DNA of 63,155 nucleotides, the filler included, from an uncultured Synergistales bacterium (lineage in GTDB: Bacteria > Synergistota > Synergistia > Synergistales > Aminobacteriaceae): the NCBI GenBank assembly GCA_937897575.1. It is 5 parts of 5 records of this genome, joined end to end, with 100 filler letters (N's around TTAATTAATTAA, not from the genome) between each part and the next. Parts side by side here need not be neighbours in the genome. Positions count along the whole stretch, not along the records: positions 16,424 to 37,887 come from CALCQG010000035.1; 4 more parts are not named here. One strand, 5' to 3'. A model generated the notes under the pieces. The model had not been told where the DNA came from, did no database searches, and saw only the letters and a program-made list of their open reading frames with translations. This document shows, one piece after another, positions 18,744 through 28,737 of this stretch; position 1 is the stretch's first letter; each line of letters opens with the position of its first letter. Made by a program: the position numbers and the translations under genes.

Positions 18744-19006
18744 CGATGATGGCGAAGGTCGCGATCGCACTTGTGCGGGGGTATCAGATTCTGCTGTCCC
18801 CGTATCTCGGGAGGAACTGCCGTTTCCACCCCTCATGCTCGCAGTACGCGATCGACGCCATTGCGATCCATGGGTTTTTCAAAGGAACGCTGCTCTCTGT
18901 GCGGCGCCTGTGCAAGTGTGCACCATGGCATCCCGGGGGTTATGACCCGGTGCCGATTCCGGCCCGTCACGGAGCCACGGGCTATTCGACCGAGGATGGT
19001 GATTAA
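18740..19006 (+). CDS. yidD: Membrane protein insertion efficiency factor YidD
   Basis: YQILLSP, CRFHPSCSQYA, KCAPWHPGGYDPVP. Confidence 0.95.
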   Translation: MTMMAKVAIALVRGYQILLSPYLGRNCRFHPSCSQYAIDAIAIHGFFKGTLLSVRRLCKCAPWHPGGYDPVPIPARHGATGYSTEDGD

Positions 19007-19008
19007 GA

Positions 19009-19803
19009 GTGGGTTCTCTCTGGAATTACTTAGGCGATCTCATGATGAAGTTGATGGAGCTCGTCCACGGTTTCACAGGGTCGTGGGGCCTCGCGATCAT
19101 CGCCCTCACCCTTCTTGTCCGCCTTCTGCTGCATCCGCTCACCCACAAGCAGATGACGAGCATGCAGAAAATGCAGAAGCTGCAGCCCCGCCTCAAGATG
19201 CTGCAGGAGAAGTACAAGGACGACAAAGAGTCCCTGAACCGCGAGATGATGGCCCTGTACCGGGAAAACAAAGTGAACCCCGCCGCCGGATGCCTTCCTC
19301 TGCTCGTCCAGCTGCCCATCTTCATCCTTCTGTACCGGGTCCTGACCAACTACGACTTTTCGGGCGTATCCTTCCTCGGAATCCAGCTGGACGGCTCCGT
19401 CCTCTCCACCCTGGCGAAAGCCGTCAACCTGACCGTCGCGCCGGACCAGCAGATAGGGATCATGGCCGTCTTCAACGCCATTGTTCAGAACCCCGCCGGG
19501 TTGGCGAACGTGGGAGTCTACCTTCCGAACCTCCTGCTCCTTCTGGGCATCGCCTTCCTGACCTGGTACCAGCAGCAGCTCTCCGCCAGCGGCAATCCAC
19601 AGATGGCCATGATGAACTGGTTCATGCCCCTCTTCCTGACCTTCATCTGCCTCAGCCTTCCGGGCGGTGTCCTGCTCTACTGGGGCGTGTCGTCCCTTCT
19701 CGGCGTCGTCCAGCAGGTCTACATGACGCGGAAAACGGCGGCCGAAATGCATCAGAAGCCCGTCCTGCACAAGGACAAACCGGTCAAGAACGAGAATGAA
19801 TGA
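19009..19803 (+). CDS. yidC: Membrane protein insertase YidC (short form)
   Basis: WGLAIIALTLLVR, NPAAGCLPLLVQLPI, LPGGVLLYW. Confidence 0.95.
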   Translation: MGSLWNYLGDLMMKLMELVHGFTGSWGLAIIALTLLVRLLLHPLTHKQMTSMQKMQKLQPRLKMLQEKYKDDKESLNREMMALYRENKVNPAAGCLPLLVQLPIFILLYRVLTNYDFSGVSFLGIQLDGSVLSTLAKAVNLTVAPDQQIGIMAVFNAIVQNPAGLANVGVYLPNLLLLLGIAFLTWYQQQLSASGNPQMAMMNWFMPLFLTFICLSLPGGVLLYWGVSSLLGVVQQVYMTRKTAAEMHQKPVLHKDKPVKNENE

Positions 19804-20479
19804 GGAGACCCCTTTCGAGAGAGGAGGAGAGCGCGGCGTGAACGATACCGAGGTGCTCGTGTTCGATGTCCAGACGATGGAGGAGGCCCGCCTCGACGCG
19901 GCGGAGGCCTGGGGTGTCGATCCGTCGGACGTTTCGCTGACGACCCTTGAAGAGGACAAAAGGTTCTTCGGCTTTCTCGGGAAAAAATTGCGCGTGGAGG
20001 CCCGCCCTGTGGCACCTCTCTCCCTTCTCCGCGGAAAATCGCTGGCGAAGGAGCTCATCGCCCTGATGGACCTTCATATCTCACCGGAGCTCGACGAGTC
20101 GCATATGATCAACCTCGTCGGCGACGACGCGGGGATCATCATCGGGAAATACGGAGAGACGCTGAAGGCCATGGAGTTCCTGCTGAATCTCATGGCGCGC
20201 CAGGCGGACGAAGGCGAACGGATACGCCTCGACAGCGACGGGTACCGCGAGCGGCGCGAGGAGAGTCTCCGGCGACTCGCTCTCTCGGCGGCACGGGAGA
20301 CCTCGAGGCGGAGAAGACCGACCTATCTCGAGCCCATGACCAGCTGGGAGCGGCGCATTATTCACATGACCCTCCAGGACCGGGAGGGGATAGAGACCCG
20401 ATCCATGGGCGAGGCCCCCTACAGACGGGTTGTCGTGTGGCCGACGGGTGCTTCGGAAAGAGAGTACGACCGCCGCTAG
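19796..20479 (+). CDS. jag: Jag/EloR (KhpB) RNA-binding protein with KH and R3H domains
   Basis: IIGKYGETL (KH), LEPMTSWERRIIH (R3H); alternative GTG start at 19838. Confidence 0.92.
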   Translation: MNEETPFERGGERGVNDTEVLVFDVQTMEEARLDAAEAWGVDPSDVSLTTLEEDKRFFGFLGKKLRVEARPVAPLSLLRGKSLAKELIALMDLHISPELDESHMINLVGDDAGIIIGKYGETLKAMEFLLNLMARQADEGERIRLDSDGYRERREESLRRLALSAARETSRRRRPTYLEPMTSWERRIIHMTLQDREGIETRSMGEAPYRRVVVWPTGASEREYDRR

Positions 20480-20678
20480 GCCCGCGCCCCATGACCTCTC
20501 TTGTTTGCCCCTGTCTGCAGCCCTCCGGTCTCGTGGGGGCTGCAGTTTTTTTAGGTGCCTCCTTTGCTGCGGCGCGCTCGGCTCTGAAACACGGCGGAGC
20601 GATGGATCAGTAAAAGAAACGATGCTCCCGGAGAAAACGGACGTACAATAGTGTCAGATTCTATCGGAGGTGGTCAGC

Positions 20679-22094
20679 ATGGCAACAGTACGTACATCGG
20701 CGTTTCGGAGAATGGGGCTCTGCGTGGCGGTTTTTGTCGCGTTGACGCTGCTCGTGAGCGGCAGCGCCCTTGCGGCGGTTCAGGACCCCTTCACAGGGAA
20801 TCCCGTCGCCAAGATCGCGCGGGATCATTCGAATGCGGTGGTGAACATCGACGTGGAGGGGACGGTGCAACAGTCCTCGCCCTTTGCGGACGATCCGATC
20901 TTCCGGCACTTCTTCGGCGATCAGTTCAGGGATTTCTCCCGCTCGGTCCCCATGAAGGGGCGCGGGTCGGGGTTCCTTGTATCGAAGGACGGTCACATCC
21001 TCACGAACAACCACGTGGTGGAGAAGGCCGACAAGATAACGGTCACCTTCTCGAACGGGGAGACCCGCGACGCAAAGGTGCTGGGCAAGGATCCCACCTT
21101 TGACCTGGCCGTCCTCAAGATCGAGGGAAACAACTACCCCTTCCTCGAGCTCGGCGACTCGGACAAGACGGAGGTGGGCGAGTGGGTCGTCGCCATCGGG
21201 AACCCCTACGGCCTGGAGCACTCCGTCACCGTGGGCGTCATCTCGGCGAAGAACAGGAGCGTGCACGCCAGCGACGTCAACTTTGACGGGTTCCTCCAGA
21301 CGGACGCGGCCATCAACCCGGGCAACAGCGGCGGACCGCTCATCGATCTCCAGGGGCAAGCCGTGGGGATCAACACGGCCATCATCCCCTTTGCCCAGGG
21401 CATCGGCTTCGCGGTTCCCATCAACATGGCCAAGCAGATTATGGACGACCTCATCAAGTTCGGCGAGGTCAAGAGAGGGTGGCTCGGCGTCTACATACAG
21501 CCTCTCACCAAGGACTTCGCCGAGGCGTACGGGGTGAAGGAGGAGACGGGCACGATCGTCGGCGACGTGGTACAGGACTCTCCCGCCGACAAGGCGGGCA
21601 TCCGACGGGGTGACGTGCTTCTGTCCGTCAACGGCGAAAAGGTGAAGAATCCGCAGGAGTTCGTGGCGAAGGTCCGTCAGAAGCTTGCGGGCGACAAGGT
21701 GACCATCGAACTGGTACGTCAGCGAAGGACGCAGACGGTGGACGTGGTCCTGAGCGAGGTCCCGGGCAGCGAGGGCTCGGTCCGCGCCGCCGGAACGGGC
21801 GGGTCGCAGGCGCTCAAATCCCTCGGGATAGAGGTCGGTCCGGTCACGGAGCAGATGCAGCGGGAGTTGAAGCTGAAGAATCGGGACGGAGTGGCCGTCC
21901 TCTCGGTGGAAAATGGTTCCATGGCCCAGAGGGCAGGCATCCGGACGAACGACATCCTGCTCGAGGTCAACGGCGAGCGAGTAACCGGCGCCCAGTCGCT
22001 GGACAAGATCGCGACGAAAAAGGGTTCGTCCACCGTGCTGCTCATATGGCGGGATGGCAGGACGTTCTTCGTCTCCATCAGGCCTGAGAACTGA
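20679..22094 (+). CDS. htrA: DegP/HtrA serine protease with two PDZ domains
   Basis: GSGF, TNNHVV, DLAVLK, QTDAAINPGNSGGPL; signal peptide. Confidence 0.95.
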   Translation: MATVRTSAFRRMGLCVAVFVALTLLVSGSALAAVQDPFTGNPVAKIARDHSNAVVNIDVEGTVQQSSPFADDPIFRHFFGDQFRDFSRSVPMKGRGSGFLVSKDGHILTNNHVVEKADKITVTFSNGETRDAKVLGKDPTFDLAVLKIEGNNYPFLELGDSDKTEVGEWVVAIGNPYGLEHSVTVGVISAKNRSVHASDVNFDGFLQTDAAINPGNSGGPLIDLQGQAVGINTAIIPFAQGIGFAVPINMAKQIMDDLIKFGEVKRGWLGVYIQPLTKDFAEAYGVKEETGTIVGDVVQDSPADKAGIRRGDVLLSVNGEKVKNPQEFVAKVRQKLAGDKVTIELVRQRRTQTVDVVLSEVPGSEGSVRAAGTGGSQALKSLGIEVGPVTEQMQRELKLKNRDGVAVLSVENGSMAQRAGIRTNDILLEVNGERVTGAQSLDKIATKKGSSTVLLIWRDGRTFFVSIRPEN

Positions 22095-22992
22095 CCGGTT
22101 CACGCAGAAGAGCCCGCCCTGAGGTCAGGGCGGGCTCTTTCGCGTTTTTCGAAGGGCGGAGCCGTCTCATTGCATTATCAGGCCATAGACACATTCTTCC
22201 CGGACCGAAGTTGACGGACCTGGCGAACGCCCTTGATACCGGCTTCATGACCCGCACATCGTTCGGGACGCTGAGCCGCCATTCGCACGGGGTGCTTGCA
22301 ATTCGGAGGTGGGGACAGCCCGTCGGGCAGGAGGCTTTGTACCCCACGCCCCGGATCGTCGTGATGAGCGTATCGCACTGGACGGCGTGCAGGCTGTCCC
22401 GAAGGTGTTTGATGTGGACGTCCACAATGTTGCTTCGCTGTATGGTTTTCCCTTTCCACAGGGTCTCCACGATGCGCTCCCGCGTGAAAACCTCGCCCTC
22501 GTGGCTCAGGAGGAGTTCGAGGATATCGAACTCCTTGCGCCGAAGAGGGAGCAGCCTGTCGTTCCACCGACACTCCCGTGTGACGGGGTCCAGCCGGAGT
22601 GCGCCGCAGACGATGGGTGAAGGGCGCGGTTTCGAGCTCCTCCTCTGAAGAGCCTGGACCCGGGCGATCAGCTCCCTGAGGTCGAAGGGCTTTGTGAGAT
22701 AGTCGTCGGCCCCGTGCTCGAAGCCCGAGAGGATGTCCTCCACCGTCGCTCTGGCGGAGAGGATCAGGACGGGGATGTCGCTGCCGTCCGAACGAATCCG
22801 ATCGAGCATCTGAAGGCCGTCCATCCCCGGCAGCATGATGTCCAGGACGATGCACCCGAACTCCGACCCGGCCAGCGCCTCGAGCCCCTCTTCGGCAGAG
22901 TAGGCCCGGCCGACGGTCTGGCCGCTCCGGGCAAGCCCCTCGGCGAGGATCTGAACAAGGTCCTTGTTGTCGTCTATGATGAGAACGGACAT
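22078..22992 (-). CDS. OmpR/PhoB-family response regulator with unusual C-terminal extension
   Basis: IIDD, LDIMLPGMDG, GADDYLTKPF, VDVHIKHLR, TIRGVGY. Confidence 0.88.
   Translation of the reverse strand: MSVLIIDDNKDLVQILAEGLARSGQTVGRAYSAEEGLEALAGSEFGCIVLDIMLPGMDGLQMLDRIRSDGSDIPVLILSARATVEDILSGFEHGADDYLTKPFDLRELIARVQALQRRSSKPRPSPIVCGALRLDPVTRECRWNDRLLPLRRKEFDILELLLSHEGEVFTRERIVETLWKGKTIQRSNIVDVHIKHLRDSLHAVQCDTLITTIRGVGYKASCPTGCPHLRIASTPCEWRLSVPNDVRVMKPVSRAFARSVNFGPGRMCLWPDNAMRRLRPSKNAKEPALTSGRALLREPVSSQA
22108..22141 (+). terminator. Rho-independent terminator after htrA
   Basis: AAGAGCCCGCCCTGA-GG-TCAGGGCGGGCTCTT followed by T-rich sequence. Confidence 0.8.
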
Positions 22993-23222
22993 TTGGACGC
23001 TCCTTTCCCGCTGGAGAGTGGCGAGGTGTACCTGTGCTCCGATTAAAACACAGCCGCCGCGGGTTGTCGAGCGCCCCGGATACCTCAGAAGACACGGTGC
23101 AATGGGAGGAGGCCGCATTGCTTTCTTTCTGTGGAGATGGTACTATTCAGTGGACCCTGACTCGGATCAGCGCGTAGCGCCTTCTGTGTCACGGGATTTT
23201 TCAGGCAGAGGTGAAAGGTGAC

Positions 23223-23489
23223 ATGTTGGAACGGGACGAGAAGCAGGGCATCATATCGGAGTACAAGACCCACGAGAGCGATACGGGGTCCCCGGAAGTC
23301 CAGGTCGCGATGTTGACGAAAAGGATCCGTGACCTGACGGACCACCTCAAGACCCACAAGAAGGACTTCCACTCGCGCCTCGGGCTCCTGAAGATGGTCG
23401 GACGACGGAGAAAATTGCTGAGATACCTGAGGGACAAGGACTTCAACAGATATCGCGCACTCATCGAGAAACTCGGGCTGAGACATTAG
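23223..23489 (+). CDS. rpsO: 30S ribosomal protein S15
   Basis: [25 protein letters not shown]. Confidence 0.98.
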   Translation: MLERDEKQGIISEYKTHESDTGSPEVQVAMLTKRIRDLTDHLKTHKKDFHSRLGLLKMVGRRRKLLRYLRDKDFNRYRALIEKLGLRH

Positions 23490-23594
23490 AGGCGGCCTAG
23501 GTTCGTGCGGGGACGGAAGACGTCCTCGCACTTTTTTTGTGCGCTTTGTGGTATCCTTACTTCGCATATAAAAAGAGGAGGAAAAAAAGAGAAT

Positions 23595-25886
23595 ATGGAA
23601 AAAACGTTTACGGTCCAGATAGGCGCGCACCCCATGACGTTCTCCACGGGGAAGGTCGCGAAACAGGCGAACGGGGCAGTTGTGGCCCGGCACGGCGAGA
23701 CGTCCATCCTCGCTACGGCGTGCATAACGGATAAGCCCAGGACGGGGATCGACTTCTTTCCTCTCCTTGTGGACTTCGAGGAGCGGTTCTATTCGGCGGG
23801 GAAAATCCCCGGAGGGTTCATCAAACGGGAGGGGCGTCCTTCGGAGACGGCCATCCTGAGCTCCCGGGTCATCGACCGGTCGATCCGCTCCCTCTTCGAC
23901 GAGACGATGCGGCACGATGTCCACGTTGTGGCCACCGTGCTCTCCGTCGACCAGATCAATCCGCCCAACATCCTCGGCATCAACGCCGCGTCGGCGGCTC
24001 TGTCGATCTCCGACGTCCCCTGGGGCGGTCCCGTGGGGGCCGTCCGGGTCGGCTACCGGGAGGGCGCTCTGGTCGTGAACCCGACTGAGGAGGAGATGCT
24101 CGATTCGGAGCTCGACCTTCTCGTTGCGGCGCACGCCGACGGCATCACCATGGTGGAGTGCGGTTCCAAAGAGGTCTCTGAGGAGCTGCTCGTGGACGCC
24201 CTCGACCTCGCCCAGCGGGAGATCATGAAGCTGGTGAACCTGTTCAACGAGATGCGCGCCGCCGTCGGGAAGGAGAAAATGGTCGTCCCCGGCCCGATGG
24301 CCTACCCCGATATCGAGGAGTGGATTCGCTCGTCCCTCGGCGGCGAGATCCGCGAGGCCGTGCTGATCCACGAGAAAAAGGCGAGGGAGACGAAGATCGC
24401 TTCGGCGCGGGAAAAGGCCCTGGAGCACTTCACCGAGGCCTACCCCGCGAGCGGCGACTATATCGCCGCCTCCATCGACGAGCTCGTCAAGGGGACGATG
24501 CGTTCGCTCATCGTGAACGAAGGCGTCCGGGCCGACGGGCGGGCGATGGACCAGTTGCGGAAAATCACCTGCGAGACGGACGTGCTGCCCAGGGTGCACG
24601 GCTCGGCGCTCTTCACGCGAGGGGAGACCCAGGCCCTCGTCGTCACCACGCTGGGCATGATGGGCGTCGACGATCAGATCCTGGACGGGCTGAAGCAGGA
24701 CGAACCGGCGAAGCGCTTCATCCTGCACTATAACTTCCCGCCCTTCTCCGTGGGCGAGGTGCGCCCCATGCGCGGCCCCGGCCGACGGGAGATAGGGCAC
24801 GGCGCTCTTGCCGAGCGCGCGCTCCGTCCGCTCATCCCCGGCGAGGAGGAGTTCCCCTACGTCATGCGGGTCGTGTCGGACATCCTTGAATCCAACGGCT
24901 CGAGCTCCCAGGCATCCATCTGTGGCGGCAGTCTGTCGCTCATGAACGCGGGCGTCCCGATCAAGAAACACGTCGCGGGCGTCGCCATGGGACTGATCAA
25001 GGAGGGCGAGAAGGTGGCCATCCTCACCGATATCCAGGGTCTGGAGGACCACTTCGGCGATATGGACTTCAAGGTCGCGGGGACGAGGGACGGCGTGACG
25101 GCCCTGCAGATGGACAACAAGGCCGGCGGCATCACGCGGCATATCCTTGAGCAGGCCCTCTCCCAGGCCCGTTCCGCGCGGATGATCCTGCTCGACAAGA
25201 TGGAGGAGGCCATTCCGACGGCGGCCTCCCTCTCGCCCAACGCACCGCGAATCTTCATGACGACCATCGACCCCGAGAAGATCCGGGACGTCATAGGCCC
25301 CGGCGGCAAGGTCATCCGCGGCATCACCCAGAAGACCGGCGTGAAGATCAACGTGGAGGACTCGGGCGCCATCCAGATCGGCGGACCGACGCAGGAAAAG
25401 GTGGACGAGGCCCTTGCCATCATCCGCGGACTGACCAAGGATCTGGAGCCAAACGAGGTCTATTACGGCACGGTGACGCGGCTGATGACCTTCGGAGCCT
25501 TCGTCGAGTGCCTCCCCGGCAAGGAGGGCTTGCTCCACGTGAGCGAGATCAGCACGCACCGGGTTCCCAAGGTGGACGACGTCCTCAAGCCGGGGGACAA
25601 GGTCCTCGTGATGGTCAAGGAGATCGACGACATGGGACGGGTCAACCTCACGAGGCGACGGATACTCGAGAATGAGCAGCGCATCGTCGCCGAGGGGTTG
25701 GGAGACGTCATCGAGAGCGAGAAGGCGCGTGACGCGGCCATAGCCGTCCTGGCGGCAACGTGCAAGGACGAGCCGAGGGCACCGGGGCGCAGCCGTCCGC
25801 CGTCCCACCAGGATCGCGGGGACCGCGTCGAGAGGGGAGACCGACGGGGGGCGCCACGGCGCCACTCCTCAGGCGGGCGGGAGTAG
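23595..25886 (+). CDS. pnp: Polyribonucleotide nucleotidyltransferase
   Basis: FFPLLVD, GKIPGGF, RREIGHG, ESNGSSS, GDMDFKVAG, KH and S1 domains. Confidence 0.98.
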   Translation: MEKTFTVQIGAHPMTFSTGKVAKQANGAVVARHGETSILATACITDKPRTGIDFFPLLVDFEERFYSAGKIPGGFIKREGRPSETAILSSRVIDRSIRSLFDETMRHDVHVVATVLSVDQINPPNILGINAASAALSISDVPWGGPVGAVRVGYREGALVVNPTEEEMLDSELDLLVAAHADGITMVECGSKEVSEELLVDALDLAQREIMKLVNLFNEMRAAVGKEKMVVPGPMAYPDIEEWIRSSLGGEIREAVLIHEKKARETKIASAREKALEHFTEAYPASGDYIAASIDELVKGTMRSLIVNEGVRADGRAMDQLRKITCETDVLPRVHGSALFTRGETQALVVTTLGMMGVDDQILDGLKQDEPAKRFILHYNFPPFSVGEVRPMRGPGRREIGHGALAERALRPLIPGEEEFPYVMRVVSDILESNGSSSQASICGGSLSLMNAGVPIKKHVAGVAMGLIKEGEKVAILTDIQGLEDHFGDMDFKVAGTRDGVTALQMDNKAGGITRHILEQALSQARSARMILLDKMEEAIPTAASLSPNAPRIFMTTIDPEKIRDVIGPGGKVIRGITQKTGVKINVEDSGAIQIGGPTQEKVDEALAIIRGLTKDLEPNEVYYGTVTRLMTFGAFVECLPGKEGLLHVSEISTHRVPKVDDVLKPGDKVLVMVKEIDDMGRVNLTRRRILENEQRIVAEGLGDVIESEKARDAAIAVLAATCKDEPRAPGRSRPPSHQDRGDRVERGDRRGAPRRHSSGGRE

Positions 25887-25891
25887 CTTCC

Positions 25892-26335
25892 GTGACCGTC
25901 CGTGTTCGTCTGGTGCGGCAGGGGCGGGCGAAGGAGTTCCCCCTGCCAGCCTACGGGACGCCTTTTTCGGCCGGGGTGGATATCCGGTCGGCGGAGGACG
26001 CCGTTATAGAGTCCGGGGAACGGGCGAGCGTCGCCACGGGGCTGTATATGGAACTTCCCGTCGGATACGAGGCTCAGGTCCGCCCGAGAAGCGGACTGGC
26101 CATCCGACATGGGGTGACCATCCTGAACGCGCCGGGGACGATCGACAGCGACTATCGGGGAGAGATACGGGTGCTCCTCGTGAACCTCGGCCTCGACCCC
26201 TTCCAGATCCGCTGCGGCGACCGGATAGCGCAGATGGTGATCGCGCCCGTCTCCCGAGTGGAGTGGGAGGAGAGCGACGAGCTCGATGAATCGGAACGGG
26301 GCGCGGGAGGGTTCGGCAGCACGGGGACCTGTTGA
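25892..26335 (+). CDS. dut: dUTP diphosphatase
   Basis: AGVD, RPRSGLA, GTIDSDYRGE, DRIAQ, RGAGGFGSTG. Confidence 0.97.
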   Translation: MTVRVRLVRQGRAKEFPLPAYGTPFSAGVDIRSAEDAVIESGERASVATGLYMELPVGYEAQVRPRSGLAIRHGVTILNAPGTIDSDYRGEIRVLLVNLGLDPFQIRCGDRIAQMVIAPVSRVEWEESDELDESERGAGGFGSTGTC

Positions 26336-26375
26336 CAGGAGCGACCCCGGGGGTATAAGATGCACAGATAATATG

Positions 26376-26626
26376 GACGCGCGATGAGAGGAAGAGTACG
26401 AACACCGCTCCTTCCCAGAGAGGAGGGCTCCAGGCTGAAAGGCCCTCTGGGGAGCAGTTCCGAAGACCGTCCTTGAGCGGACGCCGAAAAGCCCGAAGGC
26501 TCGGGAGAAGGCGTCGGGGTTCCGCCCCGTACAGCGGGAAAGAGCGCCTCGTCGTTCAGAGGCGGAACTGGAGTGGAACCACGGCAGCCCACGTCGTCTC
26601 CAAATTGGAGATCCGTGGGCTTTTTC
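26376..26626 (+). promoter_or_regulatory. T-box riboswitch (Thr) upstream of thrS
   Basis: GCGATGA start, AGTA, AGAGA and GGCTGAAA stem-I motifs, specifier ACC at 26466-26468, T-box AGTGGAACCACG, terminator ending GTGGGCTTTTT; TTGACA -35 at 26332. Confidence 0.92.
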
Positions 26627-26647
26627 ATATCTCAAGGAGGGAATCGA

Positions 26648-28546
26648 ATGTTCGAGGGTGTGGGGGCAAACGGAAAAAGAGTTCAGTACGAATCGGCCAC
26701 GGCGAAGGAGGTCCTCGCGCAGCTGGGGCTTCTCGAAGGAGCGGTGGCGGCGAAGGTCAACGGAAAGAACGTGGACCTCGGGGCGGTCCTCTCCGAGGGA
26801 GGGACCGTAGAGCCCATCCTGGCATCGTCGGAGGAGGGGCTGGACATTCTTCGCCATTCGGCGGCCCACCTCATGGCCCAGGCCGTGTCGTCGCTCTACC
26901 CCGGTACGCGCTACGGCGTCGGCCCGTCGATCAAGGACGGCTTCTACTATGACATGGAGATCCCGGGGACCATCACCGAGGCAGACCTTCCGGCCATCGA
27001 ACGGGAGATGCGCCGCCTCGCCAAAAGGGCCACCCCGGTCCTCCGGAAGGAGATGAGCAAAGAGGAGGCTCTGGCCTACTTCAAGGAGAAGGACGATCCC
27101 TACAAACAGGAGATCATCTCGGACCTTGAGGAGCCGGTCGTCACGCTCTACTCCCAGGGCGACTACGCCGACCTCTGCCGTGGGCCCCATGTCCCCGACA
27201 CCTCCTATATCCGGCACTTCAAACTTCTCTCCATGGCCGGCGCCTACTGGCGGGGCGACGAGAAGAACATCATGCTCACCAGAGTCTACGGCACGGCCTT
27301 TGCCGACGAGGACGCCCTCACGTCGTACCTGCACAGGGTGGAGGAGGCGAAGAACAGGGATCATCGACGCCTGGGCAAGGAGCTGGACCTCTTTAGCCTG
27401 CAGCCCGAGGGGCCGGGGTTCCCCTTCTTCCATCCCAAGGGCATGGTCATCCTCAACACCCTGACGGAGTTCTGGCGCAGGGAGCACACCAAGCGAGGGT
27501 ATCAGGAGATCAGGACGCCCCTCATCCTCGACCGCGATCTCTGGATCCGCTCCGGGCACTGGGACCACTACCGGGACAACATGTACTTCACGGAGATCGA
27601 CGAGCAGCCCTTTGCCATAAAGCCGATGAACTGCCCCGGCGGAATGCTGATCTACAAGACGCAGCTGCGGAGCTACCGCGATCTCCCCATGCGCAACGCC
27701 GAGCTGGGCATAGTGCACCGTCACGAACGGAGCGGCGTCCTGCACGGGCTCATGCGGGTGCGGTGCTTCACCCAGGACGACGCGCACCTGTACTGCAGGC
27801 CCGACCAGGTCAAGGACGAGATCAAGGGGATCATGGACCTCTGCCGGTTCATCTACAGCGACGTCTTCGGCTTCAAGTACTCCGTGGAGCTCTCCACCAG
27901 GCCCGACAACTCCATGGGCGCGGAGGAGCAGTGGCATGAGGCGGAAGAGGCGCTCCGACAGGCTCTCGAGGAGACGAACTCCGTCTATAAGCTGAACCCG
28001 GGCGACGGGGCGTTCTATGGCCCCAAGATCGACTTCCATCTCGAGGACTGCATCGGGCGGACCTGGCAGTGCGGCACCATCCAGCTGGACTTCCAGATGC
28101 CCGAAAAGTTCGACCTGACCTACGTAGGGGCCGACGGCAAGGAACACCGCCCCGTCATGCTCCACAGGACGGTCCTCGGCAGCCTCGAACGGTTCTTCGG
28201 CATCCTGATCGAGAACTTCGCCGGTGCGTTCCCCTACTGGATCGCACCCGTGCAGGTCAAGGTCCTGCCCATCTCGTCCGACTTCTTCGACTATGCCAGG
28301 GCCGTTGCCGCCGAGGTCTCGTCCTGGGGGGTGCGCGTCGAGGTGGACGAGCGGGACGAGAAGCTCGGGAAGAAGATACGGGATGCGCAGACCCAGAAGC
28401 TCCCGTACATGCTCGTCCTCGGCGAAAAGGAGCGGGAGGCCGACGGCGTGGCGCCGAGGGAGCGGAGCAAGGGCGACCTCGGGCTGATGTCCATGGGAGA
28501 GTTCAGAAAGGTCCTGGAGGACGAGTTCTCCCCCCTGAAGGGGTAA
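26648..28546 (+). CDS. thrS: Threonine--tRNA ligase
   Basis: HSAAHL, DLCRGPH, GAYWRGD, RDHRRLG, KPMNCP, GAFYGPKID. Confidence 0.98.
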   Translation: MFEGVGANGKRVQYESATAKEVLAQLGLLEGAVAAKVNGKNVDLGAVLSEGGTVEPILASSEEGLDILRHSAAHLMAQAVSSLYPGTRYGVGPSIKDGFYYDMEIPGTITEADLPAIEREMRRLAKRATPVLRKEMSKEEALAYFKEKDDPYKQEIISDLEEPVVTLYSQGDYADLCRGPHVPDTSYIRHFKLLSMAGAYWRGDEKNIMLTRVYGTAFADEDALTSYLHRVEEAKNRDHRRLGKELDLFSLQPEGPGFPFFHPKGMVILNTLTEFWRREHTKRGYQEIRTPLILDRDLWIRSGHWDHYRDNMYFTEIDEQPFAIKPMNCPGGMLIYKTQLRSYRDLPMRNAELGIVHRHERSGVLHGLMRVRCFTQDDAHLYCRPDQVKDEIKGIMDLCRFIYSDVFGFKYSVELSTRPDNSMGAEEQWHEAEEALRQALEETNSVYKLNPGDGAFYGPKIDFHLEDCIGRTWQCGTIQLDFQMPEKFDLTYVGADGKEHRPVMLHRTVLGSLERFFGILIENFAGAFPYWIAPVQVKVLPISSDFFDYARAVAAEVSSWGVRVEVDERDEKLGKKIRDAQTQKLPYMLVLGEKEREADGVAPRERSKGDLGLMSMGEFRKVLEDEFSPLKG

Positions 28547-28604
28547 ATGACCCCGCGGCTTGCATCGCGGCGGCGCTTGTGGTATATTGCTTAGGTTAAA
28601 TAGG

Positions 28605-28712
28605 GTCAAGCAGAGGGGCCACCCTCTCACCGCGCGATTTTCCCTGTCGCCCGGTCTCAGAGATACTCTCAGATGTTGTGGGGGGCCGGTGGCGTGACCA
28701 TCGGCCCTTTTC
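28605..28712 (+). promoter_or_regulatory. Putative L20 ribosomal-protein leader of infC-rpmI-rplT
   Basis: AAGCAGAGGGGCCACCCTCTCACC resembles the Firmicutes L20 leader 5' motif; promoter TTGCAT-17-TATATT at 28560-28588. Confidence 0.55.
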
Positions 28713-28737
28713 CATCATGTTCAGGAGGTGAAAAGCT

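Noticed and set aside
23140..23222. S15 leader RNA
   Set aside because: Plausible by position, but I cannot support a specific structure by eye
23085..28630. Very long antisense ORFs (926 and 1055 aa) and many similar shadow ORFs
   Set aside because: They mirror pnp, thrS and other real genes; expected from high-GC codon bias; no recognisable motifs
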